Shown: piece by piece, positions 1-9,774 of the stretch | How positions within the stretch are numbered: the stretch's first letter is position 1 | How the letters are laid out: the number at the start of each line of letters is the position of its first letter | Assembly: GCA_009602725.1 (NCBI GenBank) | Contig: WELB01000018.1 | Coordinates: 799,831 to 838,894, forward strand | DNA: 39,064 nucleotides | From: Spirogloea muscicola | Taxonomy: Eukaryota | Direction of reading: 5' to 3' | Made by a program: the position numbers and the translations under genes | The notes under the pieces: model-generated | The model's input: only the letters and a program-made list of their open reading frames with translations | Databases searched by the model: none | Told to the model about the DNA's origin: nothing

Positions 1-3000
1 AGTGCAATGGTGGCGTCACGTGAAGATGAAGCCAGCAGCGCGCCATCTGGTGAGAAGGCCAGGCTTGTGACCTGCTCCCAAGGCACCAACCCCCACAGAT
101 CAGAGATGGCTACTTGATGATGATCTGATAAGCCTGTCGGCCTGGAATGCTCCATGCATTCGTGTGAAAAAGCGAGCGAGGAGCATCGGATGATCCGACG
201 AGAGAGCGCTAGACAGGCCTCTAGCTTGCACCTCTGCTGCATGGTACTTAAGGATGGCCAGCGGCCTCTGCCGCTTGTAGTCATAGATTCGAACCCTAGA
301 CAACAAAACCACTCATATCTGTGTTAATCACAGCAGTTTGCATCTCATATACATCAAAGTAAGCCGCATGTTGTTCTTGTTCAGGCAACACGTGGCACGG
401 ACAAAAGCACATGGGAAGTGGAGAAGAATTTGCAAAGGCAGGGAGTTTGCAATTAAGATCTGCATCTGGGCTTGGTGAGCACCTGTGGTCCCACCCGGCA
501 GTCGCTGCTAGGCGGTCGTCCCAGCGGATAGCCGTATCAGCTATGCCAGGCCGCCCTTGCGCAACCTCCCTCACAATGCTCGCAGTACCCTACAAATGCA
601 CAACCATGAGCAAGTGAGCAACGCAATCGCTAGATCTAGAACAGGGACCAATGAAACACACTTCCATCTGAATCAACACTGACTCTGTCAATGAGGGAGA
701 TGCGCAGATACCTCGGCTGCATCCAATGTGAAGAAGGCAGCCTTCTCCCCTGCAGAGCCAGCCAAGCCTCCAGCACACTTGCTGTCGATGGACAGGGCCA
801 GGACTGCAACAGCCAGGGCCACGTCAAGGTGCATGAAGCCATTGCAGGACTTTGGAAAGTGGTGAAGGACTGCAAGTCATTGACCTGATCGCTCCTCATG
901 CAAGCAGCGAGCAGCAATTCCCCACCGGGCTCCTTGCTGATCTGCACAGTGGCTATGGGCGAGGAGACATCTCGCAGGTCCCACAGCCCGACGCTGCCGT
1001 CTTCATACCTGCAAGTTAATACAAGAAGGCAAGACTGCTCAGGTCACACTCCAGGATGGCTAGATCAATTGTCTGGACATAACAGAAGGACCCCTCACCC
1101 AGCGACCAGCGCATACTGGCCCGCCATGCTCGGCCACTGGCAAAGCTCCACCGCCATGCACATGCCTGCAGCAACTCAATCTGTGTACTGTTTAGCACTT
1201 TGTCATCACTTGATCAGGGTGAAATTGAGCACTTCATCTTCATCACAGACATGCAGCCACAGTTCACGTCGCCCTGCACCTTCAGCTGTTGCTACGCTAC
1301 TGGGAATGTATTGGACGGCCCAGACTGGCACAGCAACACATGTCAGCAACTGTGCCGGCACCTGCACTTGGAGGGCCTCCAGCATCGGTGCTGGCAGGGC
1401 TGCTTCCAGATGCAGGAGTGTGGCGGATATGCGCGACACAGTCGCCATTGTGGACGTCCCAGATCTCTGCCTGAGGTGATCCAGAAGGAGGAATAAGAGA
1501 TGCACAATCGTGACGCAAAATGTCTGAAATATCTCTGGCGACTGACAAGCTGTGTGTGAAGACCTACTATGGAAGGCTCGGAGCCGGCCACTGCTATCAA
1601 GGTCGATCCGCGGGCCTCGTCGTCAGGCACTGCGCTTACACATAGCAGCGCAGGTAAGCATCCAAACAATCTCCTATGGGAATTGAGATTGTTGGAAAGT
1701 GGGGCTGCCAGACAACCTTCCGAGCTTGACGCCAGCAATGTTTTCGAGTTCAAACAGATTGCGAGCTCAAACTGTGACTAAATGCTGCAAATAAAGAGGC
1801 CAACTTGCTCAGACTCTTGTGGCTGCCACACACGCTGCGGATGCAACAAGCCAGCCAGCGTGTGAGATTAACCTAGGTACTCTTATGACAGTAGCAGTAG
1901 TTGGTTGTCCAGGGCATGCCTGAGAACCTGGAGAAAGGGCTGCTGCTCGAAGTCTGCACGATCGAGCTTTTGTCCTCCGATGCAGCACCCACTTTCCCCG
2001 CAGAAGTTAGCAGCACTGAAAGGCCACCCCCATGAACACGCTGGTGGGCCACCCCGCCTCGTGGCTCGTAGCGCTCCTCGCCGTGGCCACCGGCTCCAGA
2101 GCATCGTGGTGCAGTCTCAGTGCCAGTGCCGGTGCTGATAAGTGGTGCTGCCGCGGCAGGTGCAGCTGCATTCTGCCGCTCGTTCTGCTCGGCAAGGAAC
2201 GGGTCGCGAGCTCCCTCCGCTGCTGGATTGTTGCCATCACTTGGGGCTGCTTGCCACAGGACTGAGAGCCTGCAGAAGTTGTAGGAGCCAGTGCGGACGG
2301 TGGCGAGCGGTTGCCTGCCATTTGCTCGCGACAGGACGCAGCGGGGGCGGACAGGCACGTCAAGAACCAGTTTAGAACAAGTGCAATAGGGGGGACTTGT
2401 GAGAGCCAAGGAATGTGCAAAATTGGAATTTTTTGTTGTTCTCCTTGTACACAACCAATGGACAAGGAGCTGTTTTGAGAAACTGATGTCAGGATTCAGG
2501 TTCTTGTCAACATCACGGCCTTACTCTGAGAGGCCACCCTCTACAAGCTGCCAGCACTTGATGATGCCGTCGCGCCCCTGACTGGCAGCCGAGCAAACCA
2601 ACGAGAGAGGCGCGCAGCGCCACTTGCAAGATCATGTGAGCTTGAGTGCCATGCCAAAAGATTCTGCCCTCCTGTCTTGCCAGCAGCAATGAGCCTGCTG
2701 TTGGCTACTGCAGAGGCGTTGGAGTTGGGGTGGCTCCTGAGTCTGAAGCCTAATGAGTAACACCCTCCTCTCTATGCCCAGAGACCCTGGACCCAGGACC
2801 TATTCACCATCTCATGAACAAACTGCTAGTTCACCTGAATACTTTGTGGTCGAGGCTTTTACTGGCGCTGATCCCAAGAACTCCGCCGGGACCTGCAGCG
2901 TGTACTCTGCACAACAAAGGCCAGCATGAAATCGCAACTTGACGCTTATGAGCAGGTTTGCACGACAAGGCGGACTTGCCAGCTATGCTATCAGCAGTGG

Positions 3001-3344
3001 CATCTCCGACGTGCAATCTGCCAGCGCTCTGTTGCAGACCTTCTGGCAAGCAGCGGCCGCCTCGTGGTCAAGTCCCACAACCGCAGCTCCCCAGCAGCGT
3101 CCCTGTGAAAGGAGTAAGTCGCAAGCCCATGCATGAGCAAGTGAAGGTCATAGCTGGCCCTGCCAGTCTGTGACACTGCTGCCGCAGGTGGCGCGATGGC
3201 GTTCACGGACCCGGAGAAGAGCCGGCCACTGGGCGAGTGGAAGGCCGTGGCGTTGACATCGCTAGTGTGTCCCCGCAGCACGGCCACTGGGCCCGGCGCC
3301 GCCGGCCGCTGCGGCGCTGCCGGCTGCGCGGCGCCGCCGCTCAT
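1..3344 (-). CDS. WD40-repeat protein of the GNB1L/ASA1/DSE1(TANMEI) family; multi-exon, 3' end runs off the window
   Basis: Spliced peptides: MSGG..PVAVLRGHTSDVNATAFH..LFSG / DAAGELRLWDLTTRRP / QGRDGIIKCW / TGSYNFCRLS / AEIWDV / RPGIADTAIRWDDRLAATAGWDHR / VRIYDYKRQRPLAILKYH / VTSLAFSPDGALLASSSRDATIAL. The SYNFC, AGWDHR and LAILKYH motifs are typical of this family; introns are GT-AG. Confidence 0.85.
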
Positions 3345-3355
3345 GTGGGGCCCCA

Positions 3356-3560
3356 GCTGTGAGAGGCCAGCCCAAAGAAACGTACAAGGCCTGGCTTATA
3401 GCGCTGCCGCTGGCGCCGCCTTTGCAGTCGCCGCAAGCGAGCGGATGGAAGCTGTGCGCTTGGAGATCAGGCTACGAGGCTCAAGCTCCGAGGTTTAAGA
3501 AGTCTGGAAGACATGTCAGTACATTCCTCTGGGCTGGCCTCTGACAGCCATTGCCTTACA
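3356..3560. repeat. Convergent pair of intergenic motif A between divergent genes
   Basis: GCTGTGAGAGGCCAGCCCAAAGAAACGTAC at 3356-3385; the reverse complement of 3519-3548 reads GCTGTCAGAGGCCAGCCCAGAGGAATGTAC (26/30 identical). Confidence 0.85.
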
Positions 3561-3707
3561 TTGGTATAGCGGAGTTACTTTTTCCCCTGTGTTAGTGCTT
3601 ATAGTCAAGAGTGACTGGGTCGAGGGTGGCCAATCAAGGGTCAAGGTCCACGCGTAAAGAGTGTCGGGGAGAAGGGTTATTTTTGGTACTCAAGCAAGCC
3701 GGGCTTG

Positions 3708-3729
3708 GGGTTTAGGGCAAATTAGGGTT
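3708..3729. promoter_or_regulatory. Telo-box-like elements upstream of the rRNA methylase gene
   Basis: GGGTTTAGGG at 3708-3717 and TTAGGGTT (reverse complement AACCCTAA) at 3722-3729. Telo-boxes are enriched near plant translation and ribosome-biogenesis genes. Confidence 0.45.
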
Positions 3730-3780
3730 CAGCGCCGCCCTGCCGGAGCTTGGCCGGCGACGGCGGCGGCGGCGGCGGCG

Positions 3781-4049
3781 NNNNNNNNNNNNNNNNNNNN
3801 NNNNNNNNNNNNNNNNNNNNNNNNNNNNNNNNNNNNNNNNNNNNNNNNNNNNNNNNNNNNNNNNNNNNNNNNNNNNNNNNNNNNNNNNNNNNNNNNNNNN
3901 NNNNNNNNNNNNNNNNNNNNNNNNNNNNNNNNNNNNNNNNNNNNNNNNNNNNNNNNNNNNNNNNNNNNNNNNNNNNNNNNNNNNNNNNNNNNNNNNNNNN
4001 NNNNNNNNNNNNNNNNNNNNNNNNNNNNNNNNNNNNNNNNNNNNNNNNN
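3781..4049. other. Assembly gap flanked by (GGC)n/(GCC)n microsatellites; probably hides the first exon of the PFC1-like gene
   Basis: N run with GGC repeats on the left and GCC repeats on the right. Confidence 0.9.
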
Positions 4050-4091
<42 letters not shown>

Positions 4092-4116
4092 TCCTGACGT
4101 CGGTCTCATTGCTTCG

Positions 4117-6121
4117 GGCAGCACTACATGGTGAACGAGGACGTAGTGCGCAAGGTCGTGGAGGCCGCCGGCGTGCGGCCCGGCGACGTGGTGCTGGAGG
4201 TGGGGCCCGGCACCGGCGCGCTCACCGCCGGGCTCGCCGCCGCCGGCGCCGCCGTCGTGGCCGTCGAGAAGGTCCGCCACGGCCGCCGCTCTTTCCTGCG
4301 CCGTTACCCCATCGATTGCCCGCAACGATGGCGGCGGCGGGGCTCGTTGCCGTGACTTAACTGGCGATGGCCTCGTGGGACACCATGTGTGGCCAGGACC
4401 CCGACATGGCGGCCATCGTCTCGGAGCGCTTCTACGGCTTCCCCGGCGTCGAGGTCTGTCAGTCACCGTGAAAGCCGCCAGTGCCGACGCGGCAGTATCT
4501 CCAATGCTGCGCTTTCCCTGCGACCGCCGTGCCGAAGCTCAGGCGTGGCGGGTGTGACGGCGCGCCCAGGTCGTGCGCGAGGACTTCCTCCGGTGGCCTG
4601 CCACGACCCACATGGCGAAAGCGCTGTCGCGGCACGCTGCCGGCGGCGCCGCCCAGCCTGGCAGCGCCGCCCCAAGGCGAGCCAAGGTCGGAACGCCTGC
4701 CATGGCTGCATTGGCAGAGCACAGCAGTGGTCATGCCAACTGGGCTGCTGAGTTGGGCTGCTTGGTCTTTGCCGTCGTCGGATAGCGTCTTGCTACGTAA
4801 GCCAACGTGGCTGCTGCGCCGGTGGCCACAAGTGGAGATCAGGTAGTGTCAAACTTGCCGTTCAACATCACTTCGGACGTCCTGCGCCGCCTCCTGCCCA
4901 TGGGCGCCACTTTCTCCAATATTGTGCTCATGCTTCAGGTGCGTCCTACAATGTTGTCGGCCAGCCTCAATCCTCCATGCCAGGCGTTTTGCGCCACAGC
5001 GCGCACCATCCTAGATGCTGACAGACTGCAGAAAGTCGAGTAGCTCATTTAGGCGCAGCAGCACGATGGCGGCTGCTCATACTGCTTCGGTCTGGTAGGA
5101 CGAGGCGGCTCTCCGGCTGGTTGAGGCGGCGCCCCGCACGCCCGAGTACCGGCCTATGAGCCTCTGCATTCACTTCTTCTCAAGTGCGCACCTGACTTGG
5201 GCAGGCCGGCTAGCTGGCGGGCCATGTGTTCTGCAGCCAGTTCTGGCCTCTGTTTGCCAGCATTTCCCGAGCAACAATTTCCCTGGCTGTGCGCCGCCGG
5301 GGTAGCCCCACTAACATTAGCCTTGGCCCTGGCGGGCCGGCCCCGTAGAGCCGGAGTACCTGTTTCCTGTCAGCCGAAAGTGCTTCTATCCGCCCCCCAA
5401 TGTGAGCAGTCCCGTTTGGGTGCCCATTCTTCCCTCTACTCCAATACCATGGACTTTGTCCTTATGAGCAGCCATTGTCATGCGGCCACATTACAACCTT
5501 GACTTGCCCTGTGTGTAGTACCCTCAGCCCAAGTTGCCAATGTTTGCTGGGGACTGGCCAACTGACGCTGGCGAGGCAGGTGGACGCAGGCGTAGTGAGC
5601 TTCGCCCTCAAGGAGCCCGCAATGTACCCGCCTGTATCTTCACCGAAGGCCTTCTTTGGCATGGTGATTGCCAGCAACATATGCGCGAGCACGATAGCTG
5701 CAGTGGCCACTGTGCCTATAAGCTGTTTTTGTTGTGAGACTTTGCAAGCACAAAGTTGATGCTAACCAGCAGCATTTTGGAGCTGCAGGTTGACGCAGCC
5801 TTCAATGGCAAGCGCAAGATGTTGCGGAACACACTACAGCATCTCTGTGCGGGGCCTGCCGGCATCACTGACGCGCTTGCATCCATCGGCCTCCCAGCTA
5901 CAGTGCGTGCTTGTTCTACCTTCACTACTGAGCCATAATGTTGTGACTAAATACGTTGTGGCTGAGTACGAAGCAGTCTTGGTTGCTGCCTACGCTGGAC
6001 CAACATTAGATAGCTCTCCTTGTCGCAGTCCCGGCCCGAGGAGCTGACAATGGAGCACTTTGTCGCGCTGCTGGCGGCAATTGAGGCGCACATGGTGCCC
6101 GCAAAGCTGGACACAACCTGA
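4117..6121 (+). CDS. PFC1: Plastid 16S rRNA adenine dimethyltransferase (KsgA/RsmA, PFC1-like); 5' part lies in the gap
   Basis: Exon peptides: GQHYMVNEDVV..VLEVGPGTGALT..AVEK / DPDMAAIV / VVREDF / VVSNLPFNITSDVL..VLMLQ / DEAALRLV..YRPMS / FYPPPN / VDAGVV / AFNGKRKMLRNTL / RPEELTMEHF. Stop TGA at 6119-6121. Confidence 0.92.
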
Positions 6122-7022
6122 ACTTTGCTGGCCAGTGGGCCTTCCACCAGTGGTGATTGTGGTGCGAGTCCGCAGGCAACCTGCACCGGGTGCCTGCAGT
6201 GACTAAGCTCCATGAGGTGGGTGTTCGATGGTGGCGACTTGGCGGCCATCACTATCTGCAATGCTCGGGTGACTCCAGAGGGGCTGGGTACTGGCCTCAG
6301 GTCATTCTGACCGGCACCGGGCTGTGCCCAAGTGATCGGCAGGCTTGTCGGTGGTGCAGGCATGCCATGTACGAAAGCCTGGGAGAGCTCACAACAAGGA
6401 CATTTATTTCTATGCTTCATTGTCAACTCCTTTACAAGGAAATTGCTTCAGCTTATTTTGACATCCATGAACAGGTTGATACCTCCAAGATGATTTTGAT
6501 AACAAATGCCACTGACCCCGCTCGTCGTGATTGTCAGAGTTTGGTATGAACACCTCGCACATGACAGCCTTCCTAAAGCGCACTGTTTCATTCATGTCTG
6601 TCATTCTGTCACTCTGTCACTCTGTCAGTGTCAGTGGCGTGTTCTCATGTTCATCGCTACATTGTATTGAGCTGAGGGTTCCTGGTTCCTGCCTTGATTT
6701 CACTCCAAATGTTCCTCTTTATACTCGTTTAGGCAGCAACCACAGTAGTAGTTGTTGACATCCTTTGCAGCACAGGGCGTCGTGCATTGCTCTAGGAAAC
6801 TGATGCTTCTAAAAGCCAATCATTTGTACAGAATGCAGCTTGGTGCCACTGGATGCAAAGCCGGCCTGCATCTTATATACATTGCTTCATCAGCAGGGCC
6901 AGCAGAGGGCACCATGAGCAGTCCACAGTGGTACATTGGTGCCGTGCAGTCCACTGACGAGCGGTGGCAGTGTGGACCAATCCGTGCTTCGTGCTGTCAC
7001 ATCTTGCTGGCAGATGGGCCGC

Positions 7023-7909
7023 TCAGTACACGGCGCGTGGCTGGTGCAGGTTGTGCTGCCGCAGGTCCTCGCGTGGCGAGAAGGCGCACAGGGCAGGGGT
7101 GGCCTGCGCAGCCGGCAGTCGGCAAATTACATTGCACTGATAAGAATGCGAGTTTAGTGTGTCCATGGCACTTTCTGAGGTGGGCGCACGGCAGTCAAAG
7201 CAGAGGCCAGGGGAGGCAGGCTGCGCACCTGATATGGGCTCCCGGCGGTGGCAACGGCCTCGTCGCCGCCGTCCGCCGGCACCTTGCTGCTGGAGGTTGC
7301 CGCCGGCCCGTCTGCCTCGGCATCCAGCTGGGGCGCCTCGGGCTCCGACGCTGCGTCCGCCTGCGGCGCCCACGTCCACGCCAACATCAGCTCACACAAA
7401 ATCAATGGGAGAAGGCCCGCGCGCCACAATGGGGCCGGCGGCGGCAATGGGCGGCGGCCGGCTGTGCCGCGGAGCCGGCACCGACCCCGCGGCGGTCGAG
7501 AGCGCGCTGCAGCAGCTCCTCCAGCACGTAGTCCATCATGCGCCGCCGCTCCTCCAGCTCCCGCATCACCGACAGCTGCCCAACGGCGGCGCCGGCGGCA
7601 ACGGGAATTCAGCGCCTTTCTCCGGCGCCGCCGCCGCAGGCAGTGGGCTTGTCGAAGGGTTTGGGCTTCAGGGGGCGTCGAGGGAAGGACCTGGTAGTCG
7701 AGGTACATGTCCTCGCCGGAGGCGAGGAGGGCGTCCAGCGCGGCCTGGCCGCAGAGGCAGCCGCCGCGCTCGGCGTCGTCGAGCGCAAAGTGGCAGAGGC
7801 CGAAGCCGTCGACGATGAGCGGCAGGGCGGCGAAGGCGGCGCCGTCGCCGTCCACGTACAGCACGCCGCAGGGCGCGGCGCAGGGCGCGGGCTCGCCGCG
7901 GGGCCTCAT
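7023..7909 (-). CDS. Hypothetical protein, about 4 exons
   Basis: ATG in a GCCGCCATG context. Exons: MRPRGEP..MYLDYQ / LSVMRELEERRRMMDYVLEELLQRALDRRG / acidic-Ala linker ..GSPYQ / ATPALCAFSPREDLRQHNLHQPRAVY*, with GT-AG borders and a CpG-rich 5' end. No family recognised. Confidence 0.6.
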
Positions 7910-8923
7910 GGCGGCGGCGGTCGGGCGGCGGCGGCGGCGGCAGTGGTGGCGGCGGTTGGGGCGGAAGGAAGGGACGGCTGCGGCTGCTGATATTAAATGA
8001 GCGGCTGTAGAGGCTAGCGAGGTGCTTACAGAGGGTGTTCGTGACCACCGCGGAGCCGATTTGGCGGAGCCAGATCGGTCCGCTATTGCAGTCCCGCGAA
8101 TTGGGCCCGGGAGGCGGAATATCTTGTCTGGGTGGGGGAGGGAGGGAGGCGGGGGGTGCGAAAAAGGGAGGGAGCTGGTAAGGCATTCATCTGCGCTGCG
8201 GGGAGGGGGGGCGGTCTCGGCCGCCCACGTGCTGGCCCACGCGAGCCGCGTCAGCGCCGGGCCCCACTTGGCCGGTCAAATCGTCCCCCTCTCGGTCCCC
8301 CCGAGGGGGTGTTGACCAACCCCGGGCCCCACCTTTGTGATTGTTGTGTATTTGATTGTTGGAGGGCCTGAGTGGCCCGGTACAGAGAGAGAAGGCGCGC
8401 GGGGCGCATGAATTGAAAGGGAGGCCAATTCAAGCCAATACATTGTTCAGGCAGAGTCGAGTGCAGACTAAACAATGCTACATAATACGGAGACCTAATC
8501 TAAGGTACCTAAGATGACATTAGTACCCACGGGTGAGCACAAACAAATCTGACAAGCTAACTTGGGGAGCTGGGTACAGAGAGAAGTGGCACTCCCAATG
8601 GGGGCAAGGGCTGCGAAAAGCCAGCCCAAAAAGAAGTGACAAAAGTTTGGAGGGGCCTACAAGCGATTAGCAGCTACAAAGGGCCGGAAGATGCTATGTC
8701 AGAACAGGGGGAGGATGGATCACTCAGTAGGTACGAGTGAGTAGCCTCAGATCCGACGGACTAGCTGGTACAAAGGCCAGCTTCCCATTAAGGGGAAGCT
8801 TGCGGTCCAAAGAAGCAAGCGCGGCCAGATTGACTGGTGGCTGGGAGAGGCTGGGAGAGGTCCAAAGGCAGCCCGGCCCCTCCTGGACGGGTGAGCAAAC
8901 AATGTCCCACCCCAGCACCACGT

Positions 8924-9666
8924 TGGAGATAGCCAGCATCCATGACTGCTGACTGCGGAAGCGTGAAGGACGATTAAGCGAGGCTAGTTGAGCGCGTCCA
9001 GGCAGCGGTTGGGTGGGTGACGGCGAGGAGCAGCGTAGGGCAGGAGCAAGACGCGCGGTGTGCGTGGAAACGAAAGGGAGGCCAATTCGAGCCTTACAGA
9101 AGTTTTGGTAACGGGGCAATGAGCTGGCTAAGGGGGACACCAGTCGAGTGAGCACACCTTGGGGCAGGAGACACAAAGCCTGGGTGTGGAAGAACCCCGC
9201 TCGATTGAGCTGGGGTGGGCAAGCCATCTGGTTTTTCTGACTTGCACTTACTGACTAGAGGTTATTGTGAGCCCACTTGGTGACGTCTTGGAGATAAGTA
9301 TCCTGCTCTTTGCGCCATCCAGCCCTTTCAGACCCTGTTCATTTCTTTGGGCTGGCCTTCTCACAGCCATTACAGTCCATTCAATAGAGCTGTTTTCTCG
9401 GCAAGTGCCCTGCTATGTGCTGGTGTCCAGCCCCCGCGCCAGGCGCGTCTGGCGCCCAAGTCACCAAAGATCTGATCACCAAAGGTCTGCGTCGTCCTCG
9501 GTCTGCCTCCGGTCACCCGATGACCTACCATGACCGGCGGACAGCAGCTGTGGCGCCGGCATTGCTGCTCTATGCAACTACCGCGTAATGGCCGTGATCT
9601 ACCTGGGTTAATCAGCACTACGGCTTTCCATCAGCCAAGTCTACTGTTAACCCCAGGTCTGCAACA
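8924..9666 (-). repeat. 3' LTR (long, diverged copy)
   Basis: Aligns block-wise to 11693-12108 (e.g. GCGCGTCCAGGCAGCGGT, CCATGACCGGCGG, TTTCCATCAGCCAAG); begins TGTTG on the minus strand. Confidence 0.8.
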
Positions 9667-9675
9667 CTCCACCTT
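9667..9675 (-). other. Polypurine tract of the copia element
   Basis: Minus strand AAGGTGGAG lies immediately before TGTTG of the 3' LTR. Confidence 0.65.
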
Positions 9676-9774
9676 AGACTGCTGATGAATTGCCCTGACT
9701 AGCCCTGAGGGATGCAGGCCTTTCTCCCGCGGCTGGGCAGGCCACATACAACCTCCTAGCCGATGCCCTCTCCA

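Noticed and set aside
3356..3548. MITE with 30-bp TIRs
   Set aside because: No TSD, the interior is not repeated in the window, and the left copy abuts a start codon; treated as paired motifs.
7159..8371. Overlapping Arg/Ala/Gly-rich ORFs (also 22629-23501 and 30941-32089)
   Set aside because: These are stop-poor shadow frames of very GC-rich first exons, with no recognisable domains.
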